Assembly (NCBI GenBank): GCA_963756875.1
Contig: CAVWPA010000003.1
Coordinates: forward strand, 1,376,001 to 1,440,000
DNA: 64,000 nt
Source: an uncultured Verrucomicrobiae bacterium
GTDB taxonomy: Bacteria > Verrucomicrobiota > Verrucomicrobiia > Chthoniobacterales > UBA10450
Direction of reading: 5' to 3'
The notes below the pieces were generated by a model. The model made no database searches and had not been told where the DNA came from. It was given only the letters and a program-made list of their open reading frames with translations. The position numbers and the translations under genes were made by a program. Every line of letters begins with the position of its first letter. Position 1 is the stretch's first letter. Below are positions 49,310-59,131 of the stretch, piece after piece.

Positions 49310-49837
49310 GTGATGAAAATCTCCCGCAGCATCGTGGTAGCGCTATTAATCAGCGGAATAATCGTAGCCTCTACCCAGGCCGCCGGGCATGGAGGCGCTC
49401 TCACTCCGCTCCATAATACAACCAAACGCGGCGGTTACGTTATCGAGACGGTGGGCGACACCCTGCACCAGGCGCCGCCTCAGGATACCCGTCTGATCAT
49501 TCGCGTTTCCGCCGACAAAAAGCTGATTAAGCCGGCAAGCATCGCGCTGATCGACAAGAGCGGTGCTGCGATCAAGCCGGTGTTTCGTGAGGACCGAAAA
49601 GTTGGCCACGAAGAAAATACGGGGTTGCCCTTGTCGGTCGGCGGATACGGGGACACGTCGGGGGTTCATTCCACGGGCGTCGGAATCAATCTCAACAAGA
49701 TCTTTGGACCGCACGGCAGCTACGCCTACACGAAAGTGGATTGGCCGAAGAACGTGTTCACTGCGGACAAAAAACTGCAGATCGTTTTGCCCGGCGGGCA
49801 GGCGCTTCTTCTTCCGCTGACTGCAATCGCCCAATGA
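49310..49837 (+). CDS. Secreted hypothetical protein (operon gene 1)
   Basis: Signal peptide; ATGA overlap with the next gene. Confidence 0.75.
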   Translation: MMKISRSIVVALLISGIIVASTQAAGHGGALTPLHNTTKRGGYVIETVGDTLHQAPPQDTRLIIRVSADKKLIKPASIALIDKSGAAIKPVFREDRKVGHEENTGLPLSVGGYGDTSGVHSTGVGINLNKIFGPHGSYAYTKVDWPKNVFTADKKLQIVLPGGQALLLPLTAIAQ

Positions 49838-50316
49838 AACCCCATGCTTTTATCTGCTCGCTCGCGATCGCTGCAATTGGTTTCATTCTGACCGGAAACG
49901 CATTCGCGAAACCGGCCGGCTGTCCCTGCAATCCATGCAAATGCGGCGTCTGTCATTGCGGTGGCGGCGGCGGCGGTGGTGGTGGTGGCGAGAAACAGGC
50001 ACATAAAAAGGAGGGCGGCAAAAAAGAGGGCGACAAACATCACCACGGGCGAGGGAATCATGAAGGAGGCAGCAGCGTCGGAGTGGGATTCGATGTCGAT
50101 CTTGGCGGCGTCGGACATCGTACGCGGGAACCGGATCCGTTTGCCGTTTCCGAAGGATCGTCCAGCTCACAAACACACGAGCGACATACGGCGAAAAACA
50201 AGGAGACCCATGTCGCCAACTCCAATCCATTTGCCGATATAAAGCTTACGGGGAAACAGGCCAAAAACATAGCCGCATCGGAAGGCTCTTCCGGGACGAC
50301 GTTGCCCAAAAAATAA
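49834..50316 (+). CDS. Secreted Cys/Gly/His-rich protein (operon gene 2)
   Basis: MKPHAF...GNAFA signal; CPCNPCKCGVCHC, Gly run, His-rich segment; NPFADIKLTGKQAK. Confidence 0.75.
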   Translation: MKPHAFICSLAIAAIGFILTGNAFAKPAGCPCNPCKCGVCHCGGGGGGGGGGEKQAHKKEGGKKEGDKHHHGRGNHEGGSSVGVGFDVDLGGVGHRTREPDPFAVSEGSSSSQTHERHTAKNKETHVANSNPFADIKLTGKQAKNIAASEGSSGTTLPKK

Positions 50317-50364
50317 TCATGGCATCGCCGTTTCCACAAAGGGGGCCAGCGCGAGGCGTTCCCA

Positions 50365-51861
50365 GTGGATCGGATTAGCTTGTTCGCGGCTGGTTGGTCC
50401 GCTGTTGCGGCGAGCCTCGTCTTTATCGGCAATCCCATTCTTGCCGACACACTGACGTCGCAAGTGCGGATCGACGTCAAAATCGTCGAGGTCAGCCGCA
50501 ACTCGACACGCGAGCTCGGCATTGATAATAGCCTCGCTGAAGCTCTTTCAAAGTTGCCGCCGGACGCTTCCAAGCTGCCCGCGCCCCAGACGTCGGTTCC
50601 GGTTTTGGGGCCGTCTCCTTCTGCCGGCGTCATTGGTCAGCGCCTTTTTCCCAACGAGGAAGCACCGTACAACATCACATTTAGCACGATGCTGACAGAC
50701 CCTCAGCTTGAAGCCATGCTGAAAGCGTTCGACCGTGCGAAGAACGCCAAAGTTCTTTCGGTGCCGACCGTCATGGCTCCGTATAATCAGCGTGCAAGCA
50801 TCGTCATTAATCCTTCGGTCCCGTTTCCCAACCAAACGCTGATCCTCGACGCGACGCCGCACCTCGGCGCGGATGGCAGCATCCTGATTACGATTGTTCC
50901 CAAAGTGTCGGAAGGGAACATTCTTCAACAGCCCACAGTGCAGCCACGGGAAGTCGCGAATCCGATCACCGTGGGGATCGACCAGGTTCCGGTGCTGGGC
51001 GGACTTTTCAAGAAGACTCAGACTCCCGAGCACAAGGAGAACCTGATCGTTTTCGTTACCGCTCAACCCGTCGATGTGTTTTCGCATTCCAGCAGTGGGA
51101 ACGGGTCGGATCCGGTTAAGGTGGATGCGGTCGGCACCGGCGAAACCATCGGACACGTCGGGGATCTGAACATTCAAAATCTTACGGATGGTCCGCTGCA
51201 TTTTTTCGTCCCGCCGATGATCCTCGAATCGATTAATGGCTCCGACCAGGATTACGTTTGTCCGCACGGCGAGAACGTGTCGATTCCCGCGGGTCAAACC
51301 AAAACGGTTCCCATGGATGGCGTTTGCATCAACCGGAACAAGCCGCCTGTCGGCAAAGGTGTCAGCGGCGCGCTCGTCGTGAACACGGTCGAACCCAATA
51401 TTGCCCAACATCCCGATTGTCATCTGCCCGCGAAGGCAGCCGGCAATTTGTTGCTCATTTGCGATTCGATTTATCAGGCGGCTGAAAAACTGCAGGAAGA
51501 AGGCGAGCTAAAGGAATTCCCTTACAAGAAAAAGAAGGAGCAAAAGGAGATCCTGGTGCAATGGAGCACCTGGGCCAACCCACGGATTTCCGAAGTCACA
51601 AAAGAACCGCCGGCGACGAAGGACGATCTAAAGAAGGTCGTTTACAAACAGGTTGAAGAAAAGGGAAAGCCGAGTCCCGGAACGAAGAAGAAGCTCGACC
51701 AGGGCATCGACACCATCTTCGAAAAAGTGGAGCTCACCTCAACGAAAGCCAAAGAGTTGGAAAAGCCCGATCCATTCGCCGGCGTGGAGCTAACAGGCGA
51801 GAAGGCCAAGAACGAGCAAGAGCCGGCCGCCCAAAGCCCGGCTCCGTCTCCAAAGGGATGA
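50365..51861 (+). CDS. Minimal secretin-like domain fused to the repeated ~220-aa domain (operon gene 3)
   Basis: QVRIDVKIVEVSR...ELGID, AKVLSVPTV...NQRASI, L..TPHLGADGSI, VPVLGGLFK, NLIVFVT; repeated domain at ~51130-51810. Confidence 0.8.
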   Translation: MDRISLFAAGWSAVAASLVFIGNPILADTLTSQVRIDVKIVEVSRNSTRELGIDNSLAEALSKLPPDASKLPAPQTSVPVLGPSPSAGVIGQRLFPNEEAPYNITFSTMLTDPQLEAMLKAFDRAKNAKVLSVPTVMAPYNQRASIVINPSVPFPNQTLILDATPHLGADGSILITIVPKVSEGNILQQPTVQPREVANPITVGIDQVPVLGGLFKKTQTPEHKENLIVFVTAQPVDVFSHSSSGNGSDPVKVDAVGTGETIGHVGDLNIQNLTDGPLHFFVPPMILESINGSDQDYVCPHGENVSIPAGQTKTVPMDGVCINRNKPPVGKGVSGALVVNTVEPNIAQHPDCHLPAKAAGNLLLICDSIYQAAEKLQEEGELKEFPYKKKKEQKEILVQWSTWANPRISEVTKEPPATKDDLKKVVYKQVEEKGKPSPGTKKKLDQGIDTIFEKVELTSTKAKELEKPDPFAGVELTGEKAKNEQEPAAQSPAPSPKG

Positions 51862-53356
51862 GAGAGCAAGATAACAGTCCGAAAGCCTGGCACCGGCGAC
51901 TTGGTCCATCACCGCGACCAGCATTGCGCGTGCTCTTCGTTCTGGGCTGGCTCTGTCTCGCTATTTCCGTTCTCGCCGACGAACCGAAGGTCACTAAGAA
52001 CGCTGATGGCAGTACCACCACAACTGAAAACGTGACTGTTACAGAAATGAATCGTCAGGGTGGCCTGAGTTACAAAGATTACCAGAAATCCACAACGCGG
52101 GACATCCGCGGAAAAATTACCAAAATCGAATGGTACCATCTGGGGAAGAAAGGGAAACGTCGCGCGCTCGGGCGCGTCTTGTTTCGTTCAGTCAGATCCC
52201 AAAACTCAACGGACCGTGATCACGACGTACACATATCAGAAAAATGGGACTCTCGTGAGTAAAGGGGAGGAGGTTTATTCGAACAAGGATGGAAGCCTGC
52301 TCCATGAGAAATCTGAGAACTATGACCCGACCGGGAAAAATGTGAATGCAGGCATAAGGCACGAATGGGAAGGTTGGGAGGACGGTAACACCAAAACATG
52401 GAAATCGGAGCAGTGGAATCCCAAGACCCAGGAATGGCAGCCGTTACCCATTAATCCCGGTCCTGAGACCCATCCTAAACTCGACAAGGCACTCGATGAC
52501 TACGCAAAGGATCACGGTAACGCTTCTCCCCTCGAGCCATCCGAGTCGGCTTCACCGTCTCCGACCAAACCGCCACCAAAGACGATCTCCTCTCTGCTTT
52601 CTAATAAAGAGCCTGAACCTGGCGATTGCCGGGACCGGCCAGACCATCGGGCACATTGCTGATTTCAGGCTCCAAAACCAAACGGATCAGCCGGTCAGTT
52701 TTGTCATCCCGGCGATGGTGTTGGAATCGAGCAGCGGCAAGAACCAGCATTACGCCTGTCCAAAAGGGCAGACGGTCGATCTTGGACCAAAACAGAGTAA
52801 AACCGTGCCAATCGATGGCGTGTGCCTCGACCGAAGCAAACCGCCGGCAGGCAAAGGCATGACCGGCGATTTGGTCATCAACGAAGCCAGCCCGGGAGGG
52901 ACAGCGATGGCCGGTTCGCATGTTCCGCTCAAGGACGCGAACAAAATGCTTCGGATCGCCAAATCCAAGTACGATGCGGCCGAGAAATTGGAAAAGGAGG
53001 GCGAGCTCAAGGAATTGCCTTATCACGACAAGCAAAAGCAGAAAGACATCATGGTTCAATGGAGCATCTGGAGCGACCCGCAGATTTCCGAGATTACCGG
53101 TGCGCCGCCGGCCACCAAAGAGGATTTGAGGAAAGTCGTTTACAAACAGGTGGAAGAAAAAGGGCCGATGACGCCGGCGACCAAAAAGAAAGTGGACAAG
53201 GGCATCGGCACCATCTTCGAGAAAGTCGAGCTCACTTCAGCAAAAGCCAAAGACCTCGAGGCGCCCGACCCATTTCAAAACGTCGAAGTCACCGGCGAAA
53301 AGGCGAAAGCTGAAAATGAGTCGCCGCCAGTCGAAAGCCCGGCTCCATCCCCGTGA
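51858..53356 (+). CDS. Secreted repeated-domain paralog (operon gene 4; apparent +1 frameshifts at ~52183 and ~52607)
   Basis: Three track ORFs join into one protein collinear with 53376-54812. Confidence 0.78.
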
Positions 53357-53375
53357 GCTTTTCGTCCCTGAAAAT

Positions 53376-54812
53376 ATGAAACAACAGATACACCACCCGA
53401 GAGCTCGCCCTCAGCTACGGCTCTGGCCCAACGTGGCGCCGGTGCTTGTCATTTTAGGTTGGTTCTGTCTTACCGGCACAATTGTTGCCGACGAACCGAA
53501 GGTCACAAAAAATCCCGACGGAACCACTACCACGATCGAGAAAGTCTTCTTCGACAAACTCTTCGGGAACCCTTTTGTCGGCCGCGGCAAGAAACGGACC
53601 ACTCGGGACAAAGATGGGAACCTCACCAAGATCGAGTGGGTGCGCGGGGGAAAGAAACGGGAACGCCCGGTCGTGGCGATATTTGTCGAACGTAATCCCA
53701 AGTCGAATCAGACGACGATAGCAACCTATACCTATGAGAAAGATGGAACTCTGCAATCAAAGAAGGAAGAGGTTTATAACAAAAATGGCGCGTTGATTCT
53801 GGACCGTTATGAGACTCACTTCCAGATGGGAAAAGCAACCACTTTCCAGACGGGAAAAGCAACCACTCCCGCTCCCTTAACCTTCAGCCATTCCTACGAG
53901 GGGAAGAGCTTGGTCGGGGGGCAACTAGACAATGCCTTAAAGGATGTTCAAAATAGATGGAGCTCGGCAACTCCGGCTTCCGAGGCGTCCCCGCCTTCTG
54001 CCACTCCGTCGCCTTCGCCGAAAGAAACGACTCCGGCAACAATCTCGTCGCTAATTCTCCAGAAGAAAGTGGGCTTCGCGATTGCCGGCACGGGCGAAAC
54101 CATCAGGCACATTGCCGATTGCATAATTCAAAATCAAACGGACCAGCCGGTCAGCCTTGTGATTCCGGCGATGGTGCTGGAATCGAGCAGCGGAAAGAAT
54201 CAGCATTACGCCTGTCCAAAAGAGCAGACGGTCGAACTCGGACCAAAGCAAAGCAAAACGGTGCCGATTGATGGCGTTTGCCTGGACCGAAGCAAACCGC
54301 CGGTTGGTAAAGGAGTGACCGGCGATCTCGTCATCAACGAAGCCAGCCCGGGAGGGACAGCGATGGCCGGTTCGCATGTTCCGCTGAAGGAAGCCAACAA
54401 AATGCTTCGCCTCGCCAAATCCAAGTACGATGCGGCCGAGAAATTGCAGAAGGATGGCGAGCTTAAGGAGCTGCCGTACCACGACAAGCAGATGCAGAAA
54501 GACATCATGGTTCAATGGAGCATCTGGAGCGATCCGCAGATTTCCGAGATTACCGGTGCGCCCCCGGCGACCAAGGACGATTTGAGAAAAGTCGTTTACA
54601 AACAGGTGGAAGAAAAAGGGCCAATGACGCCCAAGACCAAAAAGAAGTTGGACAAAGGCATCGACACCATCTTCGAAAAAGTCGAGCTCACTTCAGCAAA
54701 AGCGAAAGAGTTAGAGGCGCCCGATCCGTTCCAAAACGTCGAATTGACCGGCGAAAAAGCGAAGGGCGGAACTGAATCGCCGCCCCAAAAAGAGAAGGAG
54801 CCGCAACCATGA
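53376..54812 (+). CDS. Secreted repeated-domain paralog (operon gene 5)
   Basis: Signal ...LGWFCLTGTIVA-DEPKVTK; beta-rich N-terminal region; Pro/Ser linker; repeated domain. Confidence 0.85.
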   Translation: MKQQIHHPRARPQLRLWPNVAPVLVILGWFCLTGTIVADEPKVTKNPDGTTTTIEKVFFDKLFGNPFVGRGKKRTTRDKDGNLTKIEWVRGGKKRERPVVAIFVERNPKSNQTTIATYTYEKDGTLQSKKEEVYNKNGALILDRYETHFQMGKATTFQTGKATTPAPLTFSHSYEGKSLVGGQLDNALKDVQNRWSSATPASEASPPSATPSPSPKETTPATISSLILQKKVGFAIAGTGETIRHIADCIIQNQTDQPVSLVIPAMVLESSSGKNQHYACPKEQTVELGPKQSKTVPIDGVCLDRSKPPVGKGVTGDLVINEASPGGTAMAGSHVPLKEANKMLRLAKSKYDAAEKLQKDGELKELPYHDKQMQKDIMVQWSIWSDPQISEITGAPPATKDDLRKVVYKQVEEKGPMTPKTKKKLDKGIDTIFEKVELTSAKAKELEAPDPFQNVELTGEKAKGGTESPPQKEKEPQP

Positions 54813-56656
54813 ATTACCGATTTTCTAGTCATAGATTGGGGGAGACAAGACACGAGCGTAGTTGGCGAGTCGTCTTTGGTTTGCTTTTTATTATCACTCT
54901 TGCGCTCCCTGCACCTTTTTTGCGCGCCCAGACGGACGCAAAGGGCAATCCAATGAGTGCCGAGGATCTCGTCAATAATCATGATTCTTCCACGACTCCG
55001 AAGGGCCGGTCCACTCAGGTTGACCGCAATCCCGACAGCCAGAACATCGATCATGTGTGGGTTTACGATCCGAAAGGGCGCAAGCGCCGGGAAATTCGTA
55101 TCGATCGTGATCCGCTCGGAAACGCGCATGTGGAATCCATCGATTTTCGACCGGACGAGAAGACTGCGAGCACGGAAACAACAACGAGCTTTGCTCCCGG
55201 TTTCGATGGCCAGCGCCATCCGACGGATCGCAAAACTATCGTGTACCCCACCGCCGGTGGGTTCGTTACGCCTGACGAGAAGCTGAAGCATTCTACCGGC
55301 TGGCAGGAAAAGTGGGAGGATGGACACTGGGTCCGCGTTGCGGAGTTGAAAGATGGTCAATGGGTCTCCACGCAGAAGCAACCGCCGCCGCAGGAAAAGA
55401 CGATCTCATCTCTGCTTTCCAATAAAAGCGTGAACCTGGCGATTGCCGGTACCGGCAACACCATCGGCGACATTGCCCATCTCAAGGTCCAAAATCTTAC
55501 CGATCAACCAATAAGTTGCGTTATCCCGCCAATGATCCTCGAGTCCACCAGCGGCAAGAATCAGCATTACGCCTGTCCCAAGGGCCAGACGGTGGCGATC
55601 AAGCCCCATGATACCGCCACAGTCCCCATTGATGGCGTTTGCATTAACCGCCACAAACCGCCGGTCGGTAAAGACGTAACGGGCGATCTGGTGATCAATA
55701 CCGGCGATCCTACCGCTCCGCAAAATCCCGATTCACATCTTCCGGCAAAGGACGCGAACAATCTTCTGCGCATCGCCAGGTCGAAGTATGACGCCGCCGA
55801 CAAGCTGCAAAAGGACGGCGAGCTGAAGGATCTGCCCTACCACGATAAGCAAAAGCAGAAGGACGTTGTCGTGCAATGGAGCACCTGGACGGATCCGGAT
55901 ATTTCGGAAATCGTGGGCGGGCCTCCCGCAACAAAGGACGATTTGAAAAAAGTTGTCTACAAACAGGTGGAAGAGAGCGGGCCGATGACCCCGGGCACCA
56001 AAAAGAAGGTGGACAAGGGGATCGACACCATCTTCGAAAAAGTCGAGCTCACTTCAAAGAAAGCCAAAGACCTGGAAGAGCCTGATCAGTACGCAGAGAC
56101 GGGGACTCCGCCCAACACGGTCGAAATCGCGGATCATTCCGGGGATACAACGACCCAGGAAAAGCCAAAAGGAAAAGGAAGAGGAAAGGGTAAAGGGAAA
56201 GGCAAAGGCGGAAAGAAGTGGCCCAAACCAATCCAGGATTGGCTGGATAAAAAGAAAGCCGCGGATGATGCCGACAACGCGAAAAAGTGGGCACAGGATC
56301 AGTGGGACAGGGACCTTGAAAACTACTGCTTGCGAAACAGCGAGCATTACCGCGAGCTAAGACCAAAACAAGATGAGAAGTCGATAAAAGCCTTCAGAAA
56401 GAACGGCACGCAGACAGATAAGGATGATTTCGAAAAGGGTGAGCGCGAACTTAAGACACTCCGGCAACAATTCGCGCGGGACTTCCAGAAGACGGATCAA
56501 GCCAAGGAAGATTCTCAAATAATCCGTGATTCTGAAAAAGCGGCCGACGCCGCCCACGAAGCGGAGCAAAAAGCCGGAAAAAACATAGATCCGGCAACCA
56601 AGTCAGTGGTGGAAGCAGAGGAACCCAAATCCGAGATCGTTCCAGGTGTGTGGTGA
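54809..56656 (+). CDS. Secreted repeated-domain paralog with extra charged helical C-terminus (operon gene 6)
   Basis: ATGA overlap; signal peptide; repeated domain at ~55438-56082; GK-repeat linker. Confidence 0.85.
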   Translation: MNYRFSSHRLGETRHERSWRVVFGLLFIITLALPAPFLRAQTDAKGNPMSAEDLVNNHDSSTTPKGRSTQVDRNPDSQNIDHVWVYDPKGRKRREIRIDRDPLGNAHVESIDFRPDEKTASTETTTSFAPGFDGQRHPTDRKTIVYPTAGGFVTPDEKLKHSTGWQEKWEDGHWVRVAELKDGQWVSTQKQPPPQEKTISSLLSNKSVNLAIAGTGNTIGDIAHLKVQNLTDQPISCVIPPMILESTSGKNQHYACPKGQTVAIKPHDTATVPIDGVCINRHKPPVGKDVTGDLVINTGDPTAPQNPDSHLPAKDANNLLRIARSKYDAADKLQKDGELKDLPYHDKQKQKDVVVQWSTWTDPDISEIVGGPPATKDDLKKVVYKQVEESGPMTPGTKKKVDKGIDTIFEKVELTSKKAKDLEEPDQYAETGTPPNTVEIADHSGDTTTQEKPKGKGRGKGKGKGKGGKKWPKPIQDWLDKKKAADDADNAKKWAQDQWDRDLENYCLRNSEHYRELRPKQDEKSIKAFRKNGTQTDKDDFEKGERELKTLRQQFARDFQKTDQAKEDSQIIRDSEKAADAAHEAEQKAGKNIDPATKSVVEAEEPKSEIVPGVW

Positions 56657-56680
56657 GGCTCGAAAGCAACTAGAGTGCTT

Positions 56681-57280
56681 CTAGGGCATCACGGTAACCG
56701 GGGTCCCGACGCTCACCTCGTCGAACAGTTCGGCAATGTCCTTGTGCAACATGCGAAGGCATCCATGTGAAACCGATTTTCCGACCGTTCTCGGATGCGG
56801 CGTGTCGTGGAAGCCGACCGCGATCTTCCCGTTGGTCCATATCCCGATCCAGTAGCGCCCGAGTTCGTTTCCAGGGGCGCCGGCAGGAAATATTTTTCCC
56901 GTGATCGGGTGTTTCCACGCGGGATTTTCAATCATCTGAAAGACGCGGAAATCGCCGAGCGGGGTTTCCCATCCGGGGCGCCCCACGGCGATGGGATAGG
57001 TTGTGATTTCCGTGTCGCCGCGATAAAGCGCGACCTCATGACGGCTGCGACTCACCTCAAGGTGGACCAGCGCTGTCGGCACCTGATCTGAGACGGTCGG
57101 GATCTCGATGATCTGTCCGACAGCAGAAGAAACTCCTGCGATCACCACGATCGGGAGCAAACTCCACCATGCGGCCGATGGACGCCATGCGCTCACTGCT
57201 TTCAAATCACATCGTCGATGGAGAAGAAATGCAACAGGAAAAATTGCCGGGAGCGCCAAACCTCTCGAGCGCTGGGCCAA
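56681..57280 (-). CDS. L,D-transpeptidase (YkuD family)
   Basis: YPIAVGRPGWETPLG, GFHDT...SHGCLRM; start uncertain. Confidence 0.88.
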   Translation of the reverse strand: MAQRSRGLALPAIFPVAFLLHRRCDLKAVSAWRPSAAWWSLLPIVVIAGVSSAVGQIIEIPTVSDQVPTALVHLEVSRSRHEVALYRGDTEITTYPIAVGRPGWETPLGDFRVFQMIENPAWKHPITGKIFPAGAPGNELGRYWIGIWTNGKIAVGFHDTPHPRTVGKSVSHGCLRMLHKDIAELFDEVSVGTPVTVMP

Positions 57281-57516
57281 CAGTTTTTACCTTGCGACTC
57301 TGGTCGCTAACGGAGAAATTATTTGTATGCCCCTTTTTTCGGCGATTCCCCTCGTAAGCCCCGGAAATAGACTGCAAGATGCCGACTAGCACGGATCAGG
57401 GAACTTCTGCAGAGAGACCGCACGCCGGGATTTTATCGCTCCCGCCGCAAAACATCCGGTGACAATGTTAGGAACGATGCCATTACTTTGAAGCAACGCC
57501 CTGTCTGGCTCTTCTC

Positions 57517-59127
57517 ATGACTCAAGCCTCTTCTTTGAAATTGCCCGACGGTGTTGAGATTCGAGGAAACGTCGGGCCGCGGTTCGACCATATTCTCACC
57601 CCGGAAGCGCTCGCATTTGTGGCAAAGCTTGAACGCGCGTTCGGCATTCGGCGGCTGGAATCGCTGGAACGGCGGGCAGGGCGCCAGGCAGAGTTGGATC
57701 AGGGTGGGTCACTCGATTTTTTACCCGAGACCAAATCAATTCGGGAGAGCGAATGGCAATGCGCTCCCATTCCGCCGGATATCCGGGATCGGCGGGTCGA
57801 GATCACCGGGCCGACGGATCGAAAGATGGTGATCAACGCACTCAATTCGGGCGCGAAAATTTTCATGGCAGACTTCGAGGACGCAAATTCACCCACCTGG
57901 CGGAACATGGTGGAAGGCCAGATTAATCTGTGGGATGCCATTCGGCGGACCATTGAGTTTACCAATCCCGAAGGAAAGGAATACAAACTCAACCAGGAGG
58001 TTGCGGTTCTGATGCCGCGGCCGCGCGGCTGGCATCTGGTGGAGAAACACATGCTGGTGGATAGCCGGCCCGTTTCCGGCGGTCTTTTCGATTTCGGCCT
58101 GTTCTTTTTCCATAACGCCAAAGAACTGATCGCGCGAGGAAGCGGTCCTTATTTCTACCTGCCGAAGTTGGAAAGCCATCTGGAAGCGCGGATTTGGAAC
58201 GACGTATTCAAGGTCGCCCAGGACGAATTGGGAATCCCGCAGGGGACGATTCGCGCCACCGTTCTGATCGAAACGATTCCGGCCGCTTTCGAGATGGACG
58301 AAATCCTGTACGAGCTGCGGGATCATTCCGCCGGCCTCAACTGCGGACGATGGGATTACATTTTCTCCTGCATTAAAAGGTTCCGGAACAAGCGCGATTT
58401 TCTGCTGGCTGATCGGGCGCTTATTACCATGACCACGCACTTCATGCACAGCTACTCATTGTTGTGCATCAAAACGTGTCATCGCCGGAATATCTTTGCG
58501 ATGGGCGGTATGGCCGCGCAGATCCCGGTAAAAAATAATCCAAAGGCTAACGAGGAAGCATTCGCCAAGGTCCGGGCGGACAAGGAGCGGGAGGCGGGTG
58601 ATGGGCATGACGGCACCTGGGTGGCCCATCCCGGCATGGTCCAGCTGGCCACCGATGCGTTTAACGAGAAAATGCCGCAGCCTAACCAGATCGCCAGGAA
58701 ACGCGATGACGTGAACGTCGCGGCGCGCGATTTGCTCGATTTTCGGCCATCGCAACCGATCACCGAACAAGGTTTGCGCACGAATGTCAGCGTGGGCGTG
58801 CAATACCTCGAGGCCTGGCTTCGCGGTCACGGTGCCGTGCCCATTTTCAATCTAATGGAAGACGCCGCCACTGCCGAAATTTCGCGGGCTCAGGTCTGGC
58901 AATGGATCCGCCACCCGCAGGGCGCGCTGACCGACGGGCGCAAGGTGAGCAAGGAACTGTTCCGATCGGTTCTGGCGGAAGAGCTGGACAAAATCAGAAA
59001 TGAGATTGGGCAGAAAAGATTCGCGGCCGGGAAATTCGACGCTGCTCGGCAGTTGTTCGATGAAATTACAACGAACGACGAGTTCGTGGAGTTTCTAACC
59101 CTGCCCGGATACGACAGGCTCGATTAG
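57517..59127 (+). CDS. aceB: Malate synthase A
   Basis: [40 protein letters not shown]. Confidence 0.96.
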   Translation: MTQASSLKLPDGVEIRGNVGPRFDHILTPEALAFVAKLERAFGIRRLESLERRAGRQAELDQGGSLDFLPETKSIRESEWQCAPIPPDIRDRRVEITGPTDRKMVINALNSGAKIFMADFEDANSPTWRNMVEGQINLWDAIRRTIEFTNPEGKEYKLNQEVAVLMPRPRGWHLVEKHMLVDSRPVSGGLFDFGLFFFHNAKELIARGSGPYFYLPKLESHLEARIWNDVFKVAQDELGIPQGTIRATVLIETIPAAFEMDEILYELRDHSAGLNCGRWDYIFSCIKRFRNKRDFLLADRALITMTTHFMHSYSLLCIKTCHRRNIFAMGGMAAQIPVKNNPKANEEAFAKVRADKEREAGDGHDGTWVAHPGMVQLATDAFNEKMPQPNQIARKRDDVNVAARDLLDFRPSQPITEQGLRTNVSVGVQYLEAWLRGHGAVPIFNLMEDAATAEISRAQVWQWIRHPQGALTDGRKVSKELFRSVLAEELDKIRNEIGQKRFAAGKFDAARQLFDEITTNDEFVEFLTLPGYDRLD

Positions 59128-59131
59128 CAGA

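Noticed and set aside
49959..49989. (GGC/GGT)n run as a phase-variation tract
   Set aside because: Triplet repeat coding an in-frame poly-Gly linker; slippage would not switch the frame
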